Notes under the pieces: model-generated
What the model was told of the DNA's origin: nothing
The model's input: the letters and a program-made list of their open reading frames with translations, nothing else
Database searches by the model: none
Origin: Methanomassiliicoccales archaeon
GTDB taxonomy: Archaea; Thermoplasmatota; Thermoplasmata; RBG-16-68-12; SOIM01
Length of the DNA stretch: 64,000 bases
Direction of reading: 5' to 3'
NCBI GenBank assembly: GCA_030593885.1
Contig: JAUVGH010000006.1
Coordinates: 180-64,179 of the forward strand
Made by a program: the position numbers and the translations under genes
In this document: positions 8,121 to 17,359 of the stretch, one piece after another
Position numbering within the stretch: the stretch's first letter is position 1
How the letters are laid out: each line of letters begins with the position of its first letter

Positions 8121-8717
8121 ATGTATCTGAAAGCAAGAAGAGAAGATGTTGTCCGCATACCTCCGGAGAGGTTGGACGAGGACTTGGATCAGCTCACGCG
8201 AGAACTGACCCGAGAATCATTGGAAGGAAGGATGGACGCTGAGAAGAATCTCATTCTCATCACCAGCGACATCGAGAGGATAGGCGACGGCAGAATAGTC
8301 CACGGTGACGGGGCCGTGTATCAGAGGATCAGCTTCGATGCCATAGTCTTCAGACCTGTGTTGCAGGAAGTCGTGGAAGGTGAGGTATGCGAGGTCCTGA
8401 AGTTCGGGGCCTTCGTCAGGTTCGGCCCTCTGGACGGTCTTCTGCACATCAGCCAGATCATGGACGACCGCGTGGATGTGGATGTGGACGGTGGGCGGTT
8501 GATAGGAAAGGACACGAGAAAGGACCTGAGGGTCGGAGACAGGGTGAGGACAAGGATAGTCGCAATCAGCATCAATGAGAGGAATCCGCGAGAGAGCAAG
8601 ATTGGCCTGACAATGAGACAGCCAGGCTTGGGGAAGCTGGACTGGATGAGAGAAGAGAAAGAGAAAACAGAAGCGCCCAAACCCAAGAAGAAGAAGAAGA
8701 AGAAAAAGAGGAAGTGA
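8121..8717 (+). CDS. rpoE: DNA-directed RNA polymerase subunit E' (Rpo7) with an S1 domain and a poly-Lys C-terminal tail
   Basis: 198 aa. GEVCEVLKFGAFVRFGPLDGLLHISQIMDD is an S1 fold motif. The gene sits in the conserved rpoE'-spt4 context and ends in KPKKKKKKKKRK. Confidence 0.85.
   Translation: MYLKARREDVVRIPPERLDEDLDQLTRELTRESLEGRMDAEKNLILITSDIERIGDGRIVHGDGAVYQRISFDAIVFRPVLQEVVEGEVCEVLKFGAFVRFGPLDGLLHISQIMDDRVDVDVDGGRLIGKDTRKDLRVGDRVRTRIVAISINERNPRESKIGLTMRQPGLGKLDWMREEKEKTEAPKPKKKKKKKKRK
8685..8702 (+). repeat. (AAG)6 trinucleotide run encoding the Rpo7 lysine tail
   Basis: aagaagaagaagaagaag, followed by aaa aag agg aag tga. Confidence 0.9.
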
Positions 8718-8721
8718 GATA

Positions 8722-8913
8722 ATGGCAGTCAAGAATCCTAAGGCTTGTAGCAACTGTTCGAAGATAACCGATGACGATAAATGCTCCCGCTGCGGGAACA
8801 AGACCTCCAAGGACTGGCAGGGCTATGTAGTGATCATAGAAGCCGGGAAATCGGAGATCGCCAAGAGGATGGGCATAGATGTCGATGGAGAATACGCGCT
8901 TCGGGTCCGGTAG
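8722..8913 (+). CDS. spt4: Transcription elongation factor Spt4 (RpoE-double-prime), zinc ribbon
   Basis: 63 aa with the CSNC..x..CSRCG zinc ribbon, located immediately after rpoE'. Confidence 0.8.
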   Translation: MAVKNPKACSNCSKITDDDKCSRCGNKTSKDWQGYVVIIEAGKSEIAKRMGIDVDGEYALRVR

Positions 8914-9433
8914 TCTGAGAGCCGATCTCTTTCTTCCTGTTGAACTCCGGCAAGAGCTTCGAGAACCGCTTGGTGAGATAATGCCCGGAAAGATGGCCAT
9001 TGATGCTTTGGAGGATGGGGAGAAGTTGTATACAATCGGGGACCAGTGCACGCTGACGTTCGTCGAGGAGAACATAATCCCGGACGTTTTCATAGTGGAC
9101 TACCAGATCAAAAGGGAACCCAATCCCCAACTGGAGCCAAAGTTCGAGAGCGTCTCCGAGGCAACGATCAAGGTTCATAATCCTGCCGGGACGATCACAA
9201 AGGAGCTTTGGTCAGCCATATCAGGGTCGCTCCTCTCTGAGAAGAAGGTCAGGATAGAGGTGGATGGAGAGGAGGATCTGGCAACGCTACCGTGCATAAG
9301 TCTCGCCCGGAACGGGTCGCAGGTGGCCTATGGGCTTCCGGATGAGGGTCTCGTGCTGGTTGAGGTTGATGACGGTGCAAAGGATTATGTAAGGAAGATT
9401 CTTGAGAGAATGAGGGAGAGCAATGCAAGCTGA
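8879..9433 (+). CDS. DUF359 family protein (GTP-dependent dephospho-CoA kinase family)
   Basis: 184 aa. LREPLGEI..LYTIGDQCT..IIPDVFIVDYQIKREP matches the DUF359 pattern, and the position between spt4 and S24e is the conserved one. The only in-frame starts (8879, 8885) overlap the spt4 3' end. Confidence 0.6.
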   Translation: MSMENTRFGSGSLRADLFLPVELRQELREPLGEIMPGKMAIDALEDGEKLYTIGDQCTLTFVEENIIPDVFIVDYQIKREPNPQLEPKFESVSEATIKVHNPAGTITKELWSAISGSLLSEKKVRIEVDGEEDLATLPCISLARNGSQVAYGLPDEGLVLVEVDDGAKDYVRKILERMRESNAS

Positions 9434-9866
9434 GATAATTTCCAGGAAGGAGAATCCGTTACTGAAGAGGATTGAAATCCAGTTCAAGGTGGTTCATCAC
9501 GGAGAGGGAACCCCTCAAAGGGACACCATCATAGAGGAGATAGCCAAACTCGCCAAGGCGCCCAAGGACCGGGTCGTCATAGACCATATGGACTCCCAGT
9601 TCGGGACGACTCACACTCTTGGTTATGCCAAGATTTACGATTCAAAAGAGGATGCACTGGCCTTCGAGAGAAAGCACATCTTGGGACGGAACAAGCTCAT
9701 CGTACTCGAAGCGAAGAAGAAAGTGAAGAAGGTGGAAGCCTACAAACCGGTAAAAGCGGAGGAGGAGGCACCTGCCGAAGAGTCCGAGGAGAAACCCGAA
9801 GAGGAGCCAAAGGCCGAAAAGGAAGAGCCGAAAGAGGCCCCAGAAGCCGAGAAAGAAGGTGAGTGA
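9423..9866 (+). CDS. rps24e: 30S ribosomal protein S24e with a ~45-aa acidic E/K/P/A-rich C-terminal extension
   Basis: 147 aa. [23 protein letters not shown].. is S24e-like. The tail is [37 protein letters not shown]. Confidence 0.85.
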   Translation: MQAEIISRKENPLLKRIEIQFKVVHHGEGTPQRDTIIEEIAKLAKAPKDRVVIDHMDSQFGTTHTLGYAKIYDSKEDALAFERKHILGRNKLIVLEAKKKVKKVEAYKPVKAEEEAPAEESEEKPEEEPKAEKEEPKEAPEAEKEGE

Positions 9867-9868
9867 AC

Positions 9869-10054
9869 ATGGCAGAAGGCGAGAAATCCAAGAGGCATCT
9901 GTACGAGGTCAAGGACGACAAACTTGTCCGACTGAGGAGTGAATGTCCCAAGTGCGGACCCGGGATATTCATGGCAAAACACAAGGACCGCGTTGCTTGT
10001 GGCCAGTGCGGATATACTGAGTTCTCGATACAGAAGTCCAAGCCCGCTGAATAG
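9869..10054 (+). CDS. rps27ae: 30S ribosomal protein S27ae
   Basis: [24 protein letters not shown] zinc ribbon located after S24e. Start is ATG 9869, or GTG 9863 overlapping the S24e stop. Confidence 0.85.
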   Translation: MAEGEKSKRHLYEVKDDKLVRLRSECPKCGPGIFMAKHKDRVACGQCGYTEFSIQKSKPAE

Positions 10055-10056
10055 TC

Positions 10057-10776
10057 TCATATCCTCAGAATCGTTTTGACTGGATTTGCCCTTATTCTAA
10101 GATAGAACACGTTCTGTCCGTCATCAATCTTCACTTTCAGGACCGCCTTTGATCTTCCCTGGATATGTGGGTTGAGGCCATCATCGCGGAGCGTTTCCAA
10201 GATCTTGTCTAGATAGCTGGAGGACCTATCCACGTATTTCTGTTCAAGATCTGTCGCCTTGTTCCCCACTTGGTAGACCTTCTTCCTTCCTGAGGCCACC
10301 GCAGTGAGGAATCCGTGACGCTCCAAGTCAGCCAGGTGTGGTTGCACATATTGCTGATACTTGCCCATCTTTCTCGCAATGTCCGTCTGGCTCAGTCCTT
10401 TGTTCTTCTCAACAAGGAAGTAGATGTCCTTGGTGGTCCTGTCCTGGAGAGCGCTCAAGCATGCCAGATCTTCGCTCTCTATCCAACCCGTGGGATAGTA
10501 ATGGCGTCGGTTCTTTTCCTCAAAGGTCGAGATTATGTGCTCTTGAGTGAGTATTTTCAAGTGCCAATCAGCGGTGCCGACAGGTATCTCCGTCTTCCTT
10601 GCTAGTTCTCTGAGGTGCGTCAATGGGTTCTCCATCAGATGCTGGAAGATCTCCCTCCGCTTTTCGTTCATCAAGATGGAGACCCCACCCTCTCTGGGTT
10701 TTATTCTGGAAAGTACATCATCCCTACCAATCACCCTTCTCAGGGCTCTACCAACGCCTTCCTTCATGACACTCAA
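10057..10776 (-). CDS. Winged-helix transcriptional regulator (ArsR/TrmB-like, two wHTH-like segments)
   Basis: 239 aa. RREIFQHLMENPLTHLRELARKTEIPVGTADWHLKILTQEHII. A 4-nt ATGA-type overlap with the upstream aminopeptidase gene suggests an operon. Confidence 0.6.
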   Translation of the reverse strand: MSVMKEGVGRALRRVIGRDDVLSRIKPREGGVSILMNEKRREIFQHLMENPLTHLRELARKTEIPVGTADWHLKILTQEHIISTFEEKNRRHYYPTGWIESEDLACLSALQDRTTKDIYFLVEKNKGLSQTDIARKMGKYQQYVQPHLADLERHGFLTAVASGRKKVYQVGNKATDLEQKYVDRSSSYLDKILETLRDDGLNPHIQGRSKAVLKVKIDDGQNVFYLRIRANPVKTILRI

Positions 10777-11870
10777 ATCAGGAACTTACCATTGGACATT
10801 ATTCTCTTTCCGTCCACCTCGATGTCAGGCTTCATCATGACCATGTCCCAGTGCAGGGTGGATTCGTTCTTCCCGCCAAACATCCTGTTCTCTCCGACCG
10901 CGATGTGGATGGTGCCGATTATCTTCTCATCGGTTATGACATAGCCGATCGCCTTCTTGACCTTGGGGTTGATGCCGATGCCGAACTCCCCAATCCTGTC
11001 CTTGTCTCCCTGTGAGTTCTTGAGCACCTCCTTGAAGAGTTTCTCGTTCTTCTTGGCCTTGACCTTGACTATTCTTCCTTTCTTGAAGGTCACATCTATG
11101 TCCTCTATCCTCTTCCCCTTTCTAAAGGCCAGGTCGAACACGGCTCTTCCATTTGCCGAGGTCTCTACGGGTGGGAAGAACACTTCTCCGCACGGGAGGT
11201 TGTTGCCCACGTCCTTGTTCCTGATATCCTCTGGCGAGATGACCCCGTCATCTATCAGTGGCTTCCTGTTCTTCACTGAGAAGGTAAGGTCAGTGCCTTT
11301 CTTGGATGTCAGGTGGACCTTGTCTGCGCCCTTGAACGCTCTGGCTATGGTCTTTCCCCTTTCGTAGAGCTTGTCGTAATTGACGTTGACCGCGGACCAG
11401 AACATGTCCCAGAATTCGGCGTATGGTACGCCAAATGTGGCCGCCAGCTCTTTGGTCGGATAGCCCATCCCCGTCCACCTGATCTCCTCCTGGATGAACT
11501 TGTCCTGGACCTTTCTCGATCCTTCCCTGGCCGCACCCATCCTGTTCTCGGATACGGCCGAGAGGCTCCTCGGATCGCATGTCGGGTCTATGGATATCGC
11601 CCCGTCAACGTCCTCATACCAGTTCAGCCAGAACTTCGGGGTCTTCTTCAAGTACTTGATCGGGACCTCTTGATACATCCTTCTGGTCAGCTCATCCGAA
11701 TAGGTCTGGAACAGCACGAACGCCCCTTTCTTCCTAACATTCACGGCGATCTTCTCGGCCAGTTCGAAATTGTGTATGCCCCCCCTCACAACAATGACCT
11801 CTCCTTCCTTCACTCGCATACACTTGTTCACAATCTTCTTCGCGACTGATTCGAAATCGACCTTCATCAT
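10773..11870 (-). CDS. Aminopeptidase, M29 (AmpS/PepS) family
   Basis: 365 aa. The length and motifs (EGEVIVVRGG..ELAEKIAVNVRKKGA, ..GEFGIGINP.., TLHWDMV) match thermophilic metalloaminopeptidases. Confidence 0.75.
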   Translation of the reverse strand: MMKVDFESVAKKIVNKCMRVKEGEVIVVRGGIHNFELAEKIAVNVRKKGAFVLFQTYSDELTRRMYQEVPIKYLKKTPKFWLNWYEDVDGAISIDPTCDPRSLSAVSENRMGAAREGSRKVQDKFIQEEIRWTGMGYPTKELAATFGVPYAEFWDMFWSAVNVNYDKLYERGKTIARAFKGADKVHLTSKKGTDLTFSVKNRKPLIDDGVISPEDIRNKDVGNNLPCGEVFFPPVETSANGRAVFDLAFRKGKRIEDIDVTFKKGRIVKVKAKKNEKLFKEVLKNSQGDKDRIGEFGIGINPKVKKAIGYVITDEKIIGTIHIAVGENRMFGGKNESTLHWDMVMMKPDIEVDGKRIMSNGKFLI

Positions 11871-11939
11871 ATGAATCGATTGATTGTATGGGTGGATTCA
11901 TAATAAGGTTTTCTGGGTTCTCTCTCCGATGTGGGATGA

Positions 11940-12839
11940 TTAGAAGTCCGCGGTAAACTCTTCTTTCCTCAGGAGCAGCTCCCAGTTCCTGTCGGTATCT
12001 CTCTGGATCTTTTCAATAACATCCTCAGGAAGATGTCTGAATCTGCCTTGAAGTCTCAGATAATCCTTCACCGGTATCTTCTTCTTGGGCTTCCTGGTGA
12101 TCCTATACTTGCCCTTCTCCACCTCGAACAGCGGGAAAAGGTTAGAGTCCACTGCCATCTTCGCGATCTTGACCATGTGTTCTGGAGGATGCCTCCATCC
12201 AGTGGGACACGGCGCGAACGCATGATAGAACTTGGGGCCCACGAAGTCCTTACCTTTGGCGATCTTCTTCACGAAGTCCTCTGCAAAAGCGACGTTCACC
12301 GTTGCGGTGTACGGAATGCCATGTGCCACCATGATCTCAACCATGTTCTTCTTGGGACCTTTCTTCCAATCCTTGGTCGTCCCTACGGGGGTGGTTGTCG
12401 TCCATGCACCCTCTGGTGTGGCTCCGCTTCTCTGTATGCCGGTGTTCATGTATGCCTCGTTGTCGTACATCACATAGAAGATGTCGGTGTTCCTCTCCAC
12501 AGCACCTGAAAGTGCTTGTATCCCGATGTCCGCTGTTCCTCCATCTCCGGCGAAACCGACCACGTTGACGTCCTTTATCCCCTTTGCATCCAATGCCGCT
12601 CTGATCCCTGAGATGGATGCGCCAGTCACTTCGAATGCCGTATTTACAAGGGGTACGTCCAAAGCAAAGCTGGGATGTTTTCCGTGCATTATCGCCCAGC
12701 AGCAAGCGGGAACACTGACTATGGTCCTCCTTCCCAGTGCCTTGAGCATGTATCGCATTGCGAGGCCTCCGCCGCAGCCCAGACACGCAATGTGGCCCGG
12801 ATGCATCAGTTCCTCTTCTGGGATGGTTATCTTTCCCAT
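11940..12839 (-). CDS. porB: Pyruvate:ferredoxin oxidoreductase beta subunit
   Basis: TPP-binding GDGGTADIG and a CxGCG motif. I place the start at ATG 12839, which overlaps the porA stop as ATGA, so the 15-codon upstream extension in the ORF track is unlikely. Confidence 0.9.
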   Translation of the reverse strand: MGKITIPEEELMHPGHIACLGCGGGLAMRYMLKALGRRTIVSVPACCWAIMHGKHPSFALDVPLVNTAFEVTGASISGIRAALDAKGIKDVNVVGFAGDGGTADIGIQALSGAVERNTDIFYVMYDNEAYMNTGIQRSGATPEGAWTTTTPVGTTKDWKKGPKKNMVEIMVAHGIPYTATVNVAFAEDFVKKIAKGKDFVGPKFYHAFAPCPTGWRHPPEHMVKIAKMAVDSNLFPLFEVEKGKYRITRKPKKKIPVKDYLRLQGRFRHLPEDVIEKIQRDTDRNWELLLRKEEFTADF

Positions 12840-14035
12840 CAGGGCACCTCCCCTTGTGGCGCACCATCCTTGAGATCGACCCACTTTATCTCCTGACCAG
12901 GTCCGTTCTCCTTCATCTGAAGCAACTCATCGTACAGGCCCCTCAGAGTTGCGGGAGTGATGTCCCTGCCTCCGAGACCTGCGATGTAGTTCTTCAGCAT
13001 CGGTTTGCTGGGTGAATTGTATAGAGCACCGGCGACCTCGGTGTAGAAGGCCCCTCCGTGTGCGAAGGTGAAGCTCCGGTCCAGAACTCCTATGGAATCC
13101 ACTTCCTTGGCTAAAGATCTCAACTCGTCCGCTGGGAATGGTCGGAAGAACCTCATTCGAGCCAGACCTATCTTCTTTCCCTGTTCTCTGTACTCATCGA
13201 CGACCTCTCTTGCCGTGGCGGCGGCAGTTCCTGCAGCGATTAGAACTACATCAGCATCATCGCATCTGTAATTGTCAAGAAGTGCTCCGTGGTTCCTCCC
13301 GAACTTCTGCTCGAATTCCTCCACCACGTCATAGATGATCTTCCTGGCCTTGTTCCAGGCCTCGTACATCAGATATCTGAACTCCATGAACCAGTCGGGC
13401 ATTACGAGGGAACAGAAACCTTTGGGATCGTCCACATCGAGCTTCTCAGGGGGATCGTAAGGCGGAAGGAAAGCGTCCACGTCGGCTTGTTCGGGTATGT
13501 CCACGGCCTCTGTTGTGTGCGAGAGGAAGAACGCATCCTCCATTATCATGATGGGAAGTAGTACGTCATGGTTCTCGGAGATCTTGTAGGCCTGGATGAT
13601 CGAGTCCAGAACCTCTTGGTTGGTCTCGGCATATATCTGCATCCAACCCGTATCCCTTTGAGCCACACTGTCCAGATGGTCCGCCCACACGCTCCAGGGG
13701 GGTGCCATTGCCCGGTTGATGTTTCCCATGACTATGGGTGTCCTTGATCCTGAGGCCCAGATAAGGACCTCATGCATGAGGGTCAAGCCATGGGCGGATG
13801 TTGCCGTGAATGTCCGGGCCCCAGTCAGGGAAGCCGAGATACAGGCCGCCATGGCGCTGTGCTCGCTCTCGACCTTGATATACTGTGTGTCCATCTCGTT
13901 GTTGGCGACGAAATCGGCGAGCTTCTCGACCACCGTGGTTTGGGGAGTTATTGGATAGGCAGCGACGACCTCAGCTCTGCACAGCTTGCAGCCGTAGGCC
14001 ATTGAGTAATTGCCAGTTATGACCTTCTTCACCAC
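12839..14035 (-). CDS. porA: Pyruvate:ferredoxin oxidoreductase alpha subunit
   Basis: VITGNYSMAYG..AYPITPQT is the PorA signature. The likely start is GTG 14035 or 14032, right after the porD TAG. The ORF track extends to 14089. Confidence 0.88.
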   Translation of the reverse strand: MVKKVITGNYSMAYGCKLCRAEVVAAYPITPQTTVVEKLADFVANNEMDTQYIKVESEHSAMAACISASLTGARTFTATSAHGLTLMHEVLIWASGSRTPIVMGNINRAMAPPWSVWADHLDSVAQRDTGWMQIYAETNQEVLDSIIQAYKISENHDVLLPIMIMEDAFFLSHTTEAVDIPEQADVDAFLPPYDPPEKLDVDDPKGFCSLVMPDWFMEFRYLMYEAWNKARKIIYDVVEEFEQKFGRNHGALLDNYRCDDADVVLIAAGTAAATAREVVDEYREQGKKIGLARMRFFRPFPADELRSLAKEVDSIGVLDRSFTFAHGGAFYTEVAGALYNSPSKPMLKNYIAGLGGRDITPATLRGLYDELLQMKENGPGQEIKWVDLKDGAPQGEVP

Positions 14036-14037
14036 GG

Positions 14038-14328
14038 CTATCTCTCCCTTTCCATCTTGATGCACTTGACCGGACATTCCTCGGCGCATACGCCGCAGCC
14101 CTTGCAGTGGTCATAGTCGATCTCGACCTTTCCGTCTTCCTCTTTCACTATTATGATGGCAGCGTCCGGACAGAACTTCCAGCATATGTAGCACTTGGTG
14201 CACTTCTCATAATCTATGATTGGTTTGAACGTCCTCCAGACTCCGGTTATGTTGTGGGTCGTGGGCTTGTCCATTATTGGTGTGTAAGGAAGGTCTTTGT
14301 AGCTCTTGGGGTCCCATCTCTTCTTCAC
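14038..14328 (-). CDS. porD: Pyruvate:ferredoxin oxidoreductase delta subunit (2x[4Fe-4S] ferredoxin)
   Basis: 96 aa with [12 protein letters not shown] and [12 protein letters not shown] cluster motifs. Confidence 0.9.
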   Translation of the reverse strand: MKKRWDPKSYKDLPYTPIMDKPTTHNITGVWRTFKPIIDYEKCTKCYICWKFCPDAAIIIVKEEDGKVEIDYDHCKGCGVCAEECPVKCIKMERER

Positions 14329-14885
14329 TGAGATGATCTCACCTCCACCTTTTCGTAAGCGTCCTTGGCAGCTGCTGCGTTCTCCTCTTTCTTGGCAGGT
14401 GCGGACTCGAGAATGCTGTCGATCAGAGAATCCAAGCTCACCAGTCCGGAGACCTTCGCGAAGGCTCCGAGGATGGCGCTGTTCACTATTGGGGCCGTCT
14501 TGCTACCCAAGCCATGTTCGATAGCGATGCTGGTGCCATCCACCGTTGCGACCTTCTTGACCTCACCAAGCTTCAGTTCATCAGGGGGTTTCTTAGTGTT
14601 CACCAGGACCATGCCGTCTTCCTTCAGTCCCTCGGTCACGTTCACTACCGTTACCAGAGAAGGATCCAAGACCAGGACGTAATCAGGCGTGTAGATTTCG
14701 GACCTGTCCCTGATAGGATTGTCGTCAATCTTGGCGAAAGCCGTCACAGGAGCGCCTCTTCTCTCAACGCCAAAATAGGGAAAAGCCTGGACATATTTGC
14801 CTTCTCTAAAAGCCGCTTCCACAAGGATTTGAGAGGCAACCACGGAACCCTGGCCTCCCCGTCCGTGGAATCGAATCTGAATCAT
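14325..14885 (-). CDS. porG: Pyruvate:ferredoxin oxidoreductase gamma subunit
   Basis: 186 aa. [24 protein letters not shown] is the gamma-subunit signature, and this is the first gene of the porGDAB order. Confidence 0.9.
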   Translation of the reverse strand: MIQIRFHGRGGQGSVVASQILVEAAFREGKYVQAFPYFGVERRGAPVTAFAKIDDNPIRDRSEIYTPDYVLVLDPSLVTVVNVTEGLKEDGMVLVNTKKPPDELKLGEVKKVATVDGTSIAIEHGLGSKTAPIVNSAILGAFAKVSGLVSLDSLIDSILESAPAKKEENAAAAKDAYEKVEVRSSQ

Positions 14886-15033
14886 ATGGTACCGGTTCTG
14901 CTTAAGTCAGACCGAATATATTATGTTTGCTTAGACGCCCTAGCCATATTCCGAATTTCGATAATCATTGGAGATAATCTTGACGAAACGTATAGACCCC
15001 CCCAGGTTAATCGATTTACGAGGAGTTAGAAGA

Positions 15034-15288
15034 GTGCCAAAGATAGAAGACGACTATACCAAGAAAATACTCATGGGTCTCTCCATCTCTCCAAAATGCC
15101 CTAGAGAACTAGGCAGGATCTATGATATACCCATAGCCACTTGTTACGAAAGAGTACGTATGCTTGAGACCAAGGGAATCATTGAGCAAATCCTGACGTT
15201 GTTCACCAAGAACGGGAAAGCCTTACGCTTCTATCGAATCTCATGTAAGAACCGGAAGATCCTGGTTCAACCTCTCACCCATACATGA
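15034..15288 (+). CDS. Small winged-helix DNA-binding protein
   Basis: CPRELGRIYDIPIATCYERVRMLETKGII is an HTH. I chose GTG 15034, which has a GGAG about 9 nt upstream. The ORF could extend to TTG 14968. Confidence 0.5.
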   Translation: MPKIEDDYTKKILMGLSISPKCPRELGRIYDIPIATCYERVRMLETKGIIEQILTLFTKNGKALRFYRISCKNRKILVQPLTHT

Positions 15289-15304
15289 GTGAGTTTTCAT
15301 ACTG

Positions 15305-15958
15305 CTAGCCCAAAACACCCCGCACGCTTCTAATTTCCTCCACTATCTTTTTGGCGGAGCCACTTGGGTCCGGAGAATTGTATATCGACCTTCCCACTAT
15401 GCAGTAGTCTGCTCCCGCCTCAATGGTTGCGGCCGGAGTTCCTCCCTGCGCACCCACGCCCGGTGACAGGATGGTCAGTTCTCCCACAATCTCTCTCAAC
15501 GCCTTTACCCTCTCAGGCCTTGTTGCTGGGGCGATAATCCCTGATGCGCCCGCGTTCACTGCCAGACGCGCCAACTGATCCGCTATGGGTGCTGTGTACT
15601 CCTGCCCTCCAGGATGGCTCATCTCGGTGACCACGAAGACGTCGCCCTCGGCCGCATCAACGCAGGCTTTCACCGAGTCCTCGCCCACGAAACCCTGCAC
15701 TATGACCCCGCTGGCACCGTGTCCGAACACCTGCTCGACGATCAACCTGTTCGTGTTGGGGATGTCCGCGACCTTGAAATCGCATATCACGTCCTTTCTC
15801 TCTGCCAGTTCAGTGATGATCTCCATGCCGCAAGAAAGGGCGAGAGGATAGTTCACCTTTATCGCGTCAAGGTACTCAGAAACCTCATCTGCGATGTGGA
15901 TGGCCTGGCTCCTCTCGGTGACATCAAGTGCCAAAACCAGTCTCGTGTCCCTCTTCAT
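15305..15958 (-). CDS. pyrF: Orotidine 5'-phosphate decarboxylase
   Basis: 217 aa with LVLALDV.., [11 protein letters not shown] and the GVGAQGG motif. Confidence 0.88.
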   Translation of the reverse strand: MKRDTRLVLALDVTERSQAIHIADEVSEYLDAIKVNYPLALSCGMEIITELAERKDVICDFKVADIPNTNRLIVEQVFGHGASGVIVQGFVGEDSVKACVDAAEGDVFVVTEMSHPGGQEYTAPIADQLARLAVNAGASGIIAPATRPERVKALREIVGELTILSPGVGAQGGTPAATIEAGADYCIVGRSIYNSPDPSGSAKKIVEEIRSVRGVLG

Positions 15959-16009
15959 CGCACCCGTATGGGAGCACGTGTTAAAACTCTTTTTGAGAAT
16001 TAAGGCAAC

Positions 16010-16020
16010 ACTTTTAAGTA
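16010..16020 (+). promoter_or_regulatory. ACTTTTAAGTA motif, copy 1 (TATA-like, palindromic core), upstream of GTPase 1
   Basis: The identical 11-mer occurs only at 16010, 16671 and 17347 in my reading of the window. Confidence 0.5.
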
Positions 16021-16068
16021 GAAACGGAAGGCTGGAATTCCCATACTGCCAGCGTTGGACTTGCGGGT

Positions 16069-16644
16069 GTGACTATCGTGAGCGAACTCGAAAAGGTAAA
16101 GGCGAAGATATGTCTCGTTGGAGAGGCCGCAGTGGGTAAGACCTCACTCATAAGGCGGTACGTTCTCGACGATTTTGACGACAAGTACATTACGACGCTT
16201 GGTGCGAAGGTGTCCAAGAAGATGATGGAGTTCGATGTGCCTAATAACGGTATACGCATCGGAATGGACCTGACCATCTGGGACATTATGGGCGAGAAGG
16301 GGTTCAGGGACCTGGTCAAAGAAGCTTTCTTTGTTGGGACCCGAGGGATACTGGCAGTGTGCGACATAACTCGATATGATACGCTAAAGGAACTGGATGA
16401 TTGGGTCCAGTCCGTTTTCAAGGTGGTCGGGAACATCCCGGTGATATTCGCTGTCAACAAGGTCGATCTTAAGGACGAGGTTCTTCTGATGTACGGTGAC
16501 TCCGAGCTCGACCAGGCATCCAGAGCGTTCGATGCAACCTATTTGTACACCAGTGCAAAGACGGGTGAGAACGTCGAGGAAGCTTTCAGGTTGATGGGCG
16601 AAAAGATTGTTGAATCCAGTATTTCTCCTCGATTGGCAAAGTGA
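16069..16644 (+). CDS. Small Ras/Rab-like GTPase, paralog 1
   Basis: 191 aa. G1 GEAAVGKT, switch I YITTLGA, G3 WDIMGEKGF (Glu where Ras has Gln61), G4 NKVD, G5 [13 protein letters not shown]. Start is GTG 16069, or GTG 16078 after an SD-like GGGTGTGA. Confidence 0.88.
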   Translation: MTIVSELEKVKAKICLVGEAAVGKTSLIRRYVLDDFDDKYITTLGAKVSKKMMEFDVPNNGIRIGMDLTIWDIMGEKGFRDLVKEAFFVGTRGILAVCDITRYDTLKELDDWVQSVFKVVGNIPVIFAVNKVDLKDEVLLMYGDSELDQASRAFDATYLYTSAKTGENVEEAFRLMGEKIVESSISPRLAK

Positions 16645-16667
16645 TAAACACCCGTGAGAATCCCCAC

Positions 16668-16683
16668 GATACTTTTAAGTATC
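16668..16683 (+). promoter_or_regulatory. GATACTT-TT-AAGTATC perfect inverted repeat containing motif copy 2, upstream of GTPase 2
   Basis: The centre lies about 28 nt upstream of ATG 16706, which fits a TATA box driving a leaderless mRNA. The 7-bp arms are perfectly complementary. Confidence 0.55.
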
Positions 16684-16705
16684 TCAGAATTATAGAAATA
16701 CCTCG

Positions 16706-17311
16706 ATGTGTCCTGACTTTTCTGAAGATGGAGAATCCGTGTCGACATCCGGAGCGCAGACCAAGAAGGTCAAGAGCAAGATCTGCCTCATCGGAGAGAA
16801 GGCTGTAGGTAAGACCAGTCTGATCAGACAGTACGTTACGAACATGTTCGACGACAGATACATCACCACCGTCGGTACGAAGGTCTCCAAGAAGGAGATG
16901 TTGATAAAGAAGCCTGAGCACGGTTTCGACGTTCAGATCGACATGACCATATGGGACATCATGGGGGAAAAGGGATTCAGGGAGCTTCTGAAGGAAGCTT
17001 ATTTCTACGGCGCCAACGGAATACTCGGGGTGGCGGACATCACCCGGGAGAAGACATTGGATGACCTGGACGATTGGATCGACTCCACACTGAAGACCGC
17101 TGGAAAGGTACCGCTTTTGATCGCGATTAACAAGACCGATCTGGAAGAGGCAGTGGAGGTAGGCGACAAAGAGGTTCTTCAGTTGGCGAAGGCCTTCAAT
17201 TGCCCTTTCATCTACACGAGTGCCAAGGAAGGCGGCAATGTCGAGGAAGCGTTCTACCAGTTGGGTGAGATGACCTTGGACGCCCAGTTGGGTTTTGTGA
17301 AGCCTGAGTGA
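16706..17311 (+). CDS. Small Ras/Rab-like GTPase, paralog 2
   Basis: 201 aa. G1 [43 protein letters not shown]5 run at 17322-17326 follows the stop. Confidence 0.9.
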   Translation: MCPDFSEDGESVSTSGAQTKKVKSKICLIGEKAVGKTSLIRQYVTNMFDDRYITTVGTKVSKKEMLIKKPEHGFDVQIDMTIWDIMGEKGFRELLKEAYFYGANGILGVADITREKTLDDLDDWIDSTLKTAGKVPLLIAINKTDLEEAVEVGDKEVLQLAKAFNCPFIYTSAKEGGNVEEAFYQLGEMTLDAQLGFVKPE

Positions 17312-17343
17312 CATTCGCTCGTTTTTGAGCCAGACCGCTATCC

Positions 17344-17359
17344 GATACTTTTAAGTATT
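17344..17359 (+). promoter_or_regulatory. GATACTTTTAAGTATT motif, copy 3, 160 nt upstream of the giant surface-protein gene
   Basis: The 16 nt CGATACTTTTAAGTAT (17343-17358) are identical to the copy-2 stretch at 16667-16682. Confidence 0.5.

Noticed and set aside
12840-12884. The 15-codon N-terminal extension of porB. Similar ORF-track extensions occur for hypB (32451), hypC (35403), hypA (35533), atpE (28166) and the Lrp gene (31791).
   Set aside because: The canonical family N-termini (MCLAVP for HypC, MHE for HypA, MH.. for HypB), ATGA stop/start coupling or promoter spacing all favour the downstream starts.
16586-17314. A 242-aa ORF on the minus strand across GTPase 2.
   Set aside because: It is exactly antisense to a gene with complete G1-G5 motifs. 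It has Leu/Arg/Gly-rich shadow-frame composition and no motif of its own.
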